Source: Bacilli bacterium (lineage in GTDB: Bacteria; Bacillota_I; Bacilli_A; ML615J-28; CAG-698). From it: a stretch of DNA of 64,000 nucleotides. The notes beneath the pieces are model-generated. The model made no database searches. It saw only the letters and a program-made list of their open reading frames with translations, and had not been told where the DNA came from. Every line of letters starts with the position of its first letter. Within the stretch, counting starts at the first letter, position 1. Shown piece after piece: positions 19,211-27,776 of the stretch. The stretch lies in NCBI GenBank assembly GCA_031553555.1, contig JAVBLL010000003.1, positions 40,359-104,358 on the forward strand. The letters run 5' to 3'. The position numbers and the translations under genes are program-made.

Positions 19211-20105
19211 AAAAATAAATAGCATTTGTTGTGGATTAATAAAATGTGTACATGAATACTTACAAGGTTTTCCAGCTACTGCATTTAATAGTTTTAAAGG
19301 TATAATGGATGAATTAATTAAATATCCCTTTAAAGTTTATCAAAAATCTAAGGAATATAGTCCAAAAGAATTATATAATGACACATTAAGTTTATACAGA
19401 TGTAGAACAGTTGATGATAATTCAGAGTTGCTTAGAAAAGATTTATTTCATGTGCCATATGATTCGCGTACTAAAATTAATACATGCAGATATAGTATTG
19501 CAGGTTACCCATGTTTATATTTAAGTACAAATTTAAAATTATCATATGCAGAGATTGGCAAGGAAAGGAACGGGTATCAATTTTCTAAATTTCAATTACA
19601 AAGAGATGAGGGAATTCATGGTATTGAAATTAGATTATTAGAATTGGCAGTGAGACCAAAAGATTACTTTGAATATAACAATAATAATATAAAAAAGAAA
19701 AAATTTGATGAAATTGATTTGAGTAAATATGATACTATGCATTATTATCTTTTATGGTATCCCCTAATTGCTTCGTGCTCTTTCATTAGAAAAAAAAGAG
19801 AAGACCCATTTGCTGAAGAATATATAATCCCGCAACTTTTAATGCAATGGCTGAGAAGATATAGTAAAAGAGAAAATGTATTATATGGTATTAGATACTT
19901 TTCTTGTTTTTCTAGAGAGTTATCAGATAATGGATTTAATTATGTTTTTCCTGTGAGTGGAAATAAAAGTGAAAAAAACTCAAATTATTGTAAAATATTA
20001 ACGGAAATTTTTAAGTTAACAACACCATATTATATTGAAGATATTAAGGATATAAAAAAAGTCAAGAAACATTTTTGTAATAAAAATGATTATGATTTTT
20101 TATAA
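19179..20105 (+). CDS. RES-domain protein
   Basis: CRYSIAGYPCLYLSTNLKLSYAEIG supplies the R and E motifs, and YIIPQLLMQWLRR...GIRYFS supplies the S motif. There is no RBS before the ATG at 19179. Confidence 0.65.
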   Translation: MACFQKVETYEKINSICCGLIKCVHEYLQGFPATAFNSFKGIMDELIKYPFKVYQKSKEYSPKELYNDTLSLYRCRTVDDNSELLRKDLFHVPYDSRTKINTCRYSIAGYPCLYLSTNLKLSYAEIGKERNGYQFSKFQLQRDEGIHGIEIRLLELAVRPKDYFEYNNNNIKKKKFDEIDLSKYDTMHYYLLWYPLIASCSFIRKKREDPFAEEYIIPQLLMQWLRRYSKRENVLYGIRYFSCFSRELSDNGFNYVFPVSGNKSEKNSNYCKILTEIFKLTTPYYIEDIKDIKKVKKHFCNKNDYDFL

Positions 20106-20263
20106 TCAAAATAAAAATTAATAATTATTTTAACTAATTAATAAAATCGGTTTGCAACAAAAAAACAGAAAATATGAATCTATATTTAATATTAATATAA
20201 TATTATGAAACAATAGAAAAACTATGATAAAAATTCTTAAAAATGAATAGGAGAGGAACTATA

Positions 20264-21439
20264 ATGCCTGAATTAGATAATAATCATTATTTACCAAGAT
20301 TTGTTTTAGATAATTTTTCAATAAAGATAAGTGCTGATAATAATCGTATTTATGCATATGATTTAGAGCATAAGTTCTTATCTGAACGCAATACAAAAAA
20401 GACTGCTTTTATTAAAAACTTTTATGATGATGAAAGATTGGACGATATAAAGACAATAGAGAAAAAATTAAATTCATTAATAGAAACTCCTGTTGCTAAT
20501 ATTTTTAAAAAAATCATTTCAGAAGAAAAATCAATTTGTATTACCAGAAAAGAACTTGAACTAATTAAAAAATATATGCTAACACAAATATATCGTAATC
20601 TTCGAAATAGTAAGGGGTATGAACTTACATCTACAACAGATGAGATTAAAATGTCTAAGTATAATAAACTCGAAAATGAATCCGAGTTAGATTTTTGGAA
20701 AACAGAACTATTAACAATTATAGAAACAGATTTTGATGAGTTAATAAAAAATAACTTAGTTGGCGTTAGACAATACGCTAATGAAATATATACAGGTTTC
20801 TTAATGTTCTTTAGAACCAACGATGAATTTATTATAAATGATAGTGGATTAGTTGCAGAAAGAGTTCCATATAAGATGAGCAAAGAATTTTATGAAAAAG
20901 CAATGGAGAATGCTGATTTAATGATTGGAATTACAGGTAGGACTGATTATAAAGAAACATTAACAAAGGAATATGAAAATGGAAGTAGTTATCTTGACAA
21001 TATGTTGATTTTCCCAATTGCCTCAAATTACTTTATTGCTTGTGTACATCCTCAATGGAAGAATCTTGTAATGTATCCTGAAATATTCAGGAATGATTCA
21101 AATATTCATTATGAATCAAACATCTTAATTAATCATTTAAATATACCAAAATGTGATTATGTTAATATAAAGTTAATGACTAATCAAGCATCAATTAATA
21201 AGTATAAGCATCCAGATGATAAATATACTTATAAAATAAACGTTCTAAATAATCAAGAGACTATATATATAAATTTATTAACTATGAATGAAGCATATAA
21301 GTATATAATTTTTAAAAATTTAGAGAATGTGATAAATAGTATTTCAGTATATATTGCAAATCAAGATAGAATTTCAAATATCAAGAATGATTATAAGCCA
21401 TTATTAGAGCAAATTAAGAAAAAGATGAATATTGGTTGA
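20264..21439 (+). CDS. DUF4238-family protein
   Basis: N-terminal NNHYLPRFVLDNF matches the H-y-x-P-x-F-y-L-x-x-F opening of DUF4238. AGGAGAGG RBS precedes the ATG at 20264. Confidence 0.7.
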   Translation: MPELDNNHYLPRFVLDNFSIKISADNNRIYAYDLEHKFLSERNTKKTAFIKNFYDDERLDDIKTIEKKLNSLIETPVANIFKKIISEEKSICITRKELELIKKYMLTQIYRNLRNSKGYELTSTTDEIKMSKYNKLENESELDFWKTELLTIIETDFDELIKNNLVGVRQYANEIYTGFLMFFRTNDEFIINDSGLVAERVPYKMSKEFYEKAMENADLMIGITGRTDYKETLTKEYENGSSYLDNMLIFPIASNYFIACVHPQWKNLVMYPEIFRNDSNIHYESNILINHLNIPKCDYVNIKLMTNQASINKYKHPDDKYTYKINVLNNQETIYINLLTMNEAYKYIIFKNLENVINSISVYIANQDRISNIKNDYKPLLEQIKKKMNIG

Positions 21440-21461
21440 TACGAGTGACGACAAGTACCAA

Positions 21462-21474
21462 ATCGGTCGCCCCA
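21462..21474 (+). repeat. direct repeat of the tRNA-His 3-prime end (att-like), followed by the conserved flank
   Basis: ATCGGTCGCCCCA is followed by TTTAAGACTCTTAGACTAGGTTGAGAAAACCTAGTTTTTT, as at 18877-18916. Confidence 0.75.
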
Positions 21475-21647
21475 TTTAAGACTCTTAGACTAGGTTGAGA
21501 AAACCTAGTTTTTTGTTGTTATAATGTTGTAGTAAAATATCGAAAATTTAAATAATTTTAACCCAAAATAATTAGAACAAAGGAAAAGCAATATAATTAT
21601 GCTAATTATCTTTTTGTTTATTAAGAAAAGATATAAAAAATATTATA

Positions 21648-21701
21648 TTCTTCCTTATTGACATTATGTACTTAATGGTATATAATGTCAATAAGGAAGA
21701 A
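21648..21701 (+). promoter_or_regulatory. perfect 20-bp inverted repeat embedding a consensus promoter
   Basis: TTCTTCCTTATTGACATTAT (21648-21667) and ATAATGTCAATAAGGAAGAA (21682-21701). TTGACA is at 21658-21663, the spacer is 17 nt, and TATAAT is at 21681-21686. Confidence 0.75.
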
Positions 21702-21705
21702 TAAT

Positions 21706-22086
21706 ATGAAAAAACGAAATACAATTCAGCGCTCTTTAATTTTCCAAACCATGAAGGAGTTAAAGAAACATATCACGGCAGAAGAATTATATAATATAAT
21801 TGCGAAAAAATATGATGATATAAGTAGAACTACTGTTTATAGAAATTTAAACTTATTATCAAATACTGGCGAAATTCGTAAAATAGAGATACCAGGGGGG
21901 GCAGATTGTTATGATTATTTAATTCATAAGCATTATCATATGAAATGTATAAATTGCGGAAACATCTTTGATGTGAAAATGGATTTTATAGAAGATTTGC
22001 AGGATAGAATTACAGACACTAGCGGAAATGAGTTTATAGATCACGATATTATTTTTAAGGGCATCTGTTCCAATTGTAATAAATAA
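21706..22086 (+). CDS. Fur-family metalloregulator (Fur/Zur/PerR subtype unresolved)
   Basis: TVYRNLNLLSNTGEIRKIE wHTH, HKHYHMKCINCG and CSNC (two CxxC pairs). RBS AAGGAAG precedes the ATG at 21706. Confidence 0.85.
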   Translation: MKKRNTIQRSLIFQTMKELKKHITAEELYNIIAKKYDDISRTTVYRNLNLLSNTGEIRKIEIPGGADCYDYLIHKHYHMKCINCGNIFDVKMDFIEDLQDRITDTSGNEFIDHDIIFKGICSNCNK

Positions 22087-22196
22087 TTTACAATTAGTTA
22101 AATAAAATATTTAATATTAATTAAATCATTAAATAAAAAATGCGATATACGAAGCGCATTAAAAATTCGTAAATTAATTAATAAAGGAGAAAAATT

Positions 22197-22763
22197 ATGA
22201 GAAGTTTTACTACATTAGATTTACAATACGCTCACAGGTTTTATGGTTTTAAAGGAGAAGCTCAATATTTACATGGGCATACAGGAATACTAACAATTGA
22301 GGTTGAGGATAAAATAAATTCAGGAGTTAATATGGTATTTCCTTGTAATGAAATTAAGAAGACCGCCTGGGAAGTTTTACAAAACTTTGATCATGCTTTA
22401 GTTTTAAGAGAGGACGATCCATTACTTCCTGCCATTCTTGGCGTTTATGAAGCACAAGGTATAAAAAATGGTGCACCAAGTAATAAGCAAAAAGGTCTTG
22501 CTTTCAAAACTGAACTAGCAACTGCATATCCTGAATGCCGTTTAGTTGTTACTAAAGAAACCATGACAGTTGAAGGCATGATTAAAATAGTTTATGATTT
22601 ATTAAAAAATAAATTAAATATTGTTAAACTTACTTTTACAAGTGGGGTAAATGGTGCTACACAAGAATATACATATGAAAAAGAAAGAGACAATTGTCTC
22701 TTATGTGGTATCGCTTTGAATGAAAATCATATTTGCCCAAAATGCGGATATAAAAAAATATAA
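22197..22763 (+). CDS. 6-pyruvoyl-tetrahydropterin synthase / QueD-family protein with a C-terminal zinc ribbon
   Basis: YAHRFYGFKGEAQYLHGHTGILTIEV carries the PTPS H...HGH zinc motif. The C-terminus has CLLCG...CPKCG. Confidence 0.75.
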   Translation: MRSFTTLDLQYAHRFYGFKGEAQYLHGHTGILTIEVEDKINSGVNMVFPCNEIKKTAWEVLQNFDHALVLREDDPLLPAILGVYEAQGIKNGAPSNKQKGLAFKTELATAYPECRLVVTKETMTVEGMIKIVYDLLKNKLNIVKLTFTSGVNGATQEYTYEKERDNCLLCGIALNENHICPKCGYKKI

Positions 22764-22991
22764 AATTAAATTTATTTAATAGACTTTAATAAATAAATTT
22801 GTAATAATATTTTTTAATATAATAAACTACTAGTATTAATATAAAATTATATTTAAAATATACAAATATATATGGGAGAAAATTCATGAGAACTATTTTG
22901 CCAAAAGATTCCAAAATATATTATATAAATTGATTTTTTATCTAAACAATGTATAATACAATCAATATAAAATATTTGGTAAGATGGAGAT

Positions 22992-23582
22992 ATGGATATG
23001 GAAAACGAAATACTAGCATATAAATTAAAATATATATCCTCGCGAGTTTCGTTAATAATTTTATGTATTATTTTTCCATTCATTATCGTTGTTATGACTA
23101 ATATTCGCATAAACGTTTATGCTATGGAAAACGAATATGGTTTTGCTGGCGGCAACGGAAGTGAAAGAAGTCCGTTTTTAATCGCAAACGCTAATAAGCT
23201 TGACAATGTACGAAATTATGCTGTAAGAACTGCACTCCCTGACGGAGATCCTAATCAAAGATTGGCAAGTGGTTATTATTTTAAGCTTACTAGTGATATA
23301 AATATGTCAGATTATCTGTCCGAAGGTAATTTAGGATATAATGACGGTAAAGGATGGTTGCCTATTGGTCAGTGGGCAGAAAAGGAATGTAGCATTTGTG
23401 ATTTTACTACTATAATAGAAACAATCCCAGCCATTAATAATGGTATACTTTCTAATATTGAGATTACAATTATTATTGTCAGCTCAGTATTGACATTATC
23501 ATTTGGCGGTTTTGCAATATTTTGGTTTATAATTAAGAAGAAGAAATTTGCAGACTTAATTGCTTTAATTAAGAAAAAATAA
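22992..23582 (+). CDS. membrane-anchored fragment-like surface protein
   Basis: N-terminal and C-terminal TM helices. The middle part (GNGSERSPFLIANANKLDNVRNY) resembles the start of large adhesin-type proteins, so this is likely a truncated remnant. Confidence 0.4.
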   Translation: MDMENEILAYKLKYISSRVSLIILCIIFPFIIVVMTNIRINVYAMENEYGFAGGNGSERSPFLIANANKLDNVRNYAVRTALPDGDPNQRLASGYYFKLTSDINMSDYLSEGNLGYNDGKGWLPIGQWAEKECSICDFTTIIETIPAINNGILSNIEITIIIVSSVLTLSFGGFAIFWFIIKKKKFADLIALIKKK

Positions 23583-23748
23583 TCATAAAAACATTTGAAT
23601 GAACTGTTTTAATATATTTGTCTTATTACTGCACAAATATTTACTATCTTGAAACTGCAAGAATAGAATATGAAGAACCTGAAAATTATTATAGAAGACA
23701 AAATGATATGTCAAACATAATAATTTTGTTCATTTTGTTTTAATGATT

Positions 23749-23850
23749 GGACTAGATTGAAAAATCTAGTCTTTTTTGATGGTTAAGATCATTTTGTCGA
23801 AATTTGTCGGTCGAAAAATGTTGAAAAAAAGGATTTCTTGTGATATTGTT
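23749..23850 (+). repeat. partial copy of the tRNA-His downstream flank (no tRNA part)
   Basis: GGACTAGATTGAAAAATCTAGTCTTTTTT ... GTCGAAATTTGTCGGTCGAAAAATGT (23796-23821) matches 18889-18960. Confidence 0.7.
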
Positions 23851-24832
23851 AAGAAGGATAAAATAATTTTTAAAAATTATTATAAAAAAGCATATTATTG
23901 CTTTTACAAAATGTAAAATACGATAACAATAAATTAGTCAATAATATATCTATATTTCAAAGTAATGTTTTTTGCTTGTTTTAGCACATTATAAAGTAAG
24001 GGTTACCGCCAAAATTAAGGCGATGAACCAAGTAAAAGGAGGGTAGGTAATATCAAATGGTACTGTAAATTTAATTAAAAACATTTTAAATAAAAAGAGG
24101 AAAATTATAAAAACAATAATGCATTTTTTATAATGAATACTTTTTTATCGTTAAACATCTCACTATCAAAAAATGTAAATTCAAAAACAATAATAATCAT
24201 ATGAATTATTTATTTCAATAACAAAACGTCATATAAAATTAATTATAAGGAAAGTAGCGTTCACAACAAATGCTTTCAATCATACTATAAATTTTTGAAA
24301 AGGAATTACTAATTGATAGAAAAGGTGTTAGAATTACTTTTTATAATGTTTGTTGGATAATAGGGATTATCGGCTATGCAGAATAAATTATAATAATGAT
24401 AATGGTTAATCCTTTTTTGCGATTCAATGCTAATATAGATTTTAATTATCATATTTTCAGTTTTGATTCCAATTTGATGCCTGTTGTATATATTTTAATA
24501 ATATCTTAGCCTCACCAACAAATATTATCTTAATCGCAATTCTTAAAACTGGTGATTTGGCAGGAACATATAATTATAATGATAATTATATCATTTATAA
24601 GTAACTGACGAATCGAAAAATAAACCATAATGTAATCTTTAATTTATTTTAATGAAAAATTTTATAATTTTTCGTGCATCTTTATAGACATTATGGTAAA
24701 AAAAATAATCAATACAAAATAAACATAATTATAGTTAGAAATTATGTTTTCAAAAATACTGTTATTATATATAATATTCTTACAGTATTATTTTTCATTT
24801 AAAAAATAAAAAATAAGGAGAAAATAAATTAT

Positions 24833-26056
24833 ATGAAAAAATTTTTAAAATTGTCTTTTATTGCTATTATAGCATTTTTTGTGTTATCTTTATCAGCAAA
24901 TACTAAAGCAACAACTGCCATGGGAAATGACAAATGGGTAATTGCTGTTAATGGAAATCAACACTATATTTATAATGATTCACCTTCATTTACTGAAAAT
25001 GCTTCAAGATTTACAATACGTTTTGAAACTAGTTATGGAAGTAGTGGAATGGGAGTATACAGTTTATATCGATATTCATCTCCAGGAGTAAAAGAATATT
25101 TATATCAAAATGCTACTATGCCACATGGCGAAGAAACGGTTACCGTTATTGGATATACTGGTGAGTTTTATTTAAGTGCTAATGGAATGTATTATGATGT
25201 TGATGTCGAGAGTTGGGTAATAGATACTTATAATCCAATTATTAATGATTATAAATTTACAATTCGCACAGTAGAATTATTTTTCCTTCAAGGACAAAAT
25301 AATACTATAAACCCAGCGTCTTTACCGTCTGTTTTCTTTAAAGTTGTAAATCCGAATGATATGGTTAGTATGACAATAGAATTAAATGGAGGCATTGCTG
25401 TTCCGTTCTCAGCAAACCCACTAGCATTTGACTACCAAGAAGCATTACCATACCACTATATGTGTCTTAGTAAAGGACATTATAAAATAACAATTACTGA
25501 TGTATGGGGCGCAACTAGTGTTTATCAATTTGGATATACATCTGATTTAATCGTTGATTTTATTCAAGGTCAACCATTTCAAACAAACGATACTACTGTT
25601 GCTTTTAAGGTAACTTCATTTGTTGAATCAGTAGTATTTATTTATAAAAATTATTCTCCAGCAGTTCCAATGGCAGGAAGTCCAGTATATGATTATCATG
25701 TAGTTAATGGTCAATATATGTTTATTGCTGAAGGATATTATGCAATGCTTATTTTAGATATTTTTGGTGGATATCATAGTGTTAATTTCACTATAAGATT
25801 CACTGCGCCAACAGTATATTTTAATAATGTAGAAGCAACAAGCACTCAAACTCTTGTTTCGGTTTTACAAACTGGTGGCTTAGTAGCAACTTTTGATGGC
25901 AATGGAAGAACGATTGTTAGTGCAACATATGAATATAATTTTGGAAGTCCAGTTTCTTTTACATCAGGGCAAACATTTAAAGCAGTTGGAAATTATGTGT
26001 TTAAAGTAACAGATGATAGAGGAAAAACAACTACTGTATCAGCTTTTGTTTATTAA
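24833..26056 (+). CDS. secreted protein with three repeated beta-rich modules
   Basis: Signal peptide ending ANTKA. Recurrent module ends are GHYKITITDVWGATSVYQFGY, GYYAMLILDIFGGYHSVNFTI and GNYVFKVTDDRGKTTTVSAFVY. Confidence 0.7.
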   Translation: MKKFLKLSFIAIIAFFVLSLSANTKATTAMGNDKWVIAVNGNQHYIYNDSPSFTENASRFTIRFETSYGSSGMGVYSLYRYSSPGVKEYLYQNATMPHGEETVTVIGYTGEFYLSANGMYYDVDVESWVIDTYNPIINDYKFTIRTVELFFLQGQNNTINPASLPSVFFKVVNPNDMVSMTIELNGGIAVPFSANPLAFDYQEALPYHYMCLSKGHYKITITDVWGATSVYQFGYTSDLIVDFIQGQPFQTNDTTVAFKVTSFVESVVFIYKNYSPAVPMAGSPVYDYHVVNGQYMFIAEGYYAMLILDIFGGYHSVNFTIRFTAPTVYFNNVEATSTQTLVSVLQTGGLVATFDGNGRTIVSATYEYNFGSPVSFTSGQTFKAVGNYVFKVTDDRGKTTTVSAFVY

Positions 26057-26061
26057 ATAGA

Positions 26062-27756
26062 TTGTTAAGAAAGATACTAAATATATATTTAGTATCTTTC
26101 CCCTTTGTTAATACCCGCGAATATATATATGATATTGCAAATCGCTTAGATAAAGAAATTTTGCCTAATAGCGGCGGAACAAAGACTTATACTTACCACC
26201 CGGATGGCAGTATAAAAAGCGAGAAGATGAATAATGGAACTCCAATTGCGTATAATTATGAAAAAGGTAGACTTGTGAAGCGCGGATTGGTTTCGTATGG
26301 ATACGATAACCTTGGCAATTGTACCAATTTTGGTGGACTAAACTTAGCATGGGAACGCGGGAGCCTGCTAAAGGGCTATGGTACTCATGTTTATGATTAT
26401 AATGCCCAAGGAGTAAGGTATAGAAAAACCGGAGGAACAACTTCAATCTACTTCCACGACGGGACAAAACTTTTAGAAGAGCAGAGGGGCAATGTGCAAA
26501 TTAGGTATCTATATGATGCTGAAGGTATAATTGGATTTAGTATTCCTAGTGATAGAAACAATGACGATTATTTTTTCTCTAAGGATGTTAGCGGAAATGT
26601 TAGGGCGATTTTTAGAGCACAGGTCGTAGATGGTATTTATCCAAAGACAACTGAGGTGGCTAGGTACGAGTATGATGCTTGGGGAAATACCACAGTTTCG
26701 TCAATAGGAACTAACACCATAGGTGGGGTTTCAGTAGCTCAGTTTAACCGAATCAGATGGAAGGGACAGTATCAAGACGAATCAGATTTATATTATATTG
26801 GCGGAAGGTATTATAGCCCAGCGACCAAGCAGTATTTAAGTCCTGCTGGTCCCGAGTCAGCTTTTGGCAATGCTGCAATAATTTACGGACTAAATCAATA
26901 CTCTCTTTGCTTGACAAATTCTGTAAACATGGAGTATAATAATTATACGATTGCAACCAATGCTGAGCTTAGCTATGACCCTGATGCATTGTCTAACTGG
27001 AAGCTCTGGTGGAGTAGATACGGCGGATTTGTAATAGGTGGCGTTTTGGTTGTAGTAGGCATAATTGCTTGTCTTATACCAGGTGGTCAAGCTATTGGCG
27101 CTGGTTTAATAGTATCCGGGGTGTCACAAGCAATTTCGACAGGGCTGCAGCTTGCGGGAGTCAAATCCAAGCTGGCAATGCAGATAATGTCAGGACTTAA
27201 CATTGTTTGCGGACTGATAATGAGCTTTACACCACTGGCCCCTATGGGGTGGAGCATGATTGGTGCAGGAATTGGCGGCTATATTGCTGAAAAGTTAGGC
27301 GGAAGCTATGCTGTAGGTTGGGTAGTAGGTAGCATTGTTGGCGGGATAATTGGTAGTTATGCTTATAAAAGCGTTCAGGCTATGAGAACTAATGCGGCAG
27401 CAAGAGCTAATGCTAAGGCTTTGGCAAGTGCAGCGGGAGCGGAAGCAGCAAGAGATGCCAAAGTAGCTGAATTGCAAAATACGCTTACAAAAAAACAATT
27501 AAAAGAAGTCGCTGCAGTCGTGGGTGGTTATGATAAAGTAACAGGAGATATTGCAGTTGGAGTAAAATATTTTGATAAATTGCCATATTGTGCAGAAGCT
27601 CGGGTTGTAGAGCAATTAGGTGGAATGAGTAATATAAGTAACATAGTTATGACTTCGGCAATTCGCCCTCATAATATGACGGTAGTTGCAGTATGCAACT
27701 ATTGTCAGTCAATATACTCTACTACAAATTTTCTACCAGGAACTCCGTTTCAGTAA
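26062..27756 (+). CDS. 5-prime-truncated RHS/YD-repeat toxin with a glycine-zipper hydrophobic linker and a C-terminal deaminase-like domain
   Basis: YD repeats (YTYHPDGS, YGYDNLGN, YEYDAWGN) and an RHS core end (RWKGQYQDESDLYYIGGRYYSPATKQYLSPAG). The hydrophobic Gly-rich region spans about 27024-27372. CAE is at 27589-27597 and CNYC at 27694-27705. No plausible ATG or RBS lies at the 5-prime end. Confidence 0.75.
   Translation: MLRKILNIYLVSFPFVNTREYIYDIANRLDKEILPNSGGTKTYTYHPDGSIKSEKMNNGTPIAYNYEKGRLVKRGLVSYGYDNLGNCTNFGGLNLAWERGSLLKGYGTHVYDYNAQGVRYRKTGGTTSIYFHDGTKLLEEQRGNVQIRYLYDAEGIIGFSIPSDRNNDDYFFSKDVSGNVRAIFRAQVVDGIYPKTTEVARYEYDAWGNTTVSSIGTNTIGGVSVAQFNRIRWKGQYQDESDLYYIGGRYYSPATKQYLSPAGPESAFGNAAIIYGLNQYSLCLTNSVNMEYNNYTIATNAELSYDPDALSNWKLWWSRYGGFVIGGVLVVVGIIACLIPGGQAIGAGLIVSGVSQAISTGLQLAGVKSKLAMQIMSGLNIVCGLIMSFTPLAPMGWSMIGAGIGGYIAEKLGGSYAVGWVVGSIVGGIIGSYAYKSVQAMRTNAAARANAKALASAAGAEAARDAKVAELQNTLTKKQLKEVAAVVGGYDKVTGDIAVGVKYFDKLPYCAEARVVEQLGGMSNISNIVMTSAIRPHNMTVVAVCNYCQSIYSTTNFLPGTPFQ
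26069..26100 (+). terminator. strong hairpin directly after the 407-aa gene (no clear T-run)
   Basis: GAAAGATACTAAATA ... TATTTAGTATCTTTC. It lies inside the first codons of the RHS track ORF, which are therefore unlikely to be coding. Confidence 0.5.
26911..26940 (+). promoter_or_regulatory. promoter-like TTGACA-18 nt-TATAAT inside the RHS coding sequence
   Basis: TTGACA at 26911-26916 and TATAAT at 26935-26940. The same sequence is reiterated in four downstream junction modules. Confidence 0.55.
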
Positions 27757-27776
27757 CGTAAAAGGAGAAGAATATT

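Noticed and set aside
20422-20883. 153-aa minus-strand ORF
   Set aside because: It is antisense to the DUF4238 gene. It is a low-complexity Ser/Leu/Ile shadow ORF.
26165-27498. Four minus-strand ORFs (26165-26467, 26753-26956, 26890-27090, 27295-27498)
   Set aside because: They are antisense to the RHS cassette, whose YD repeats identify the coding strand.
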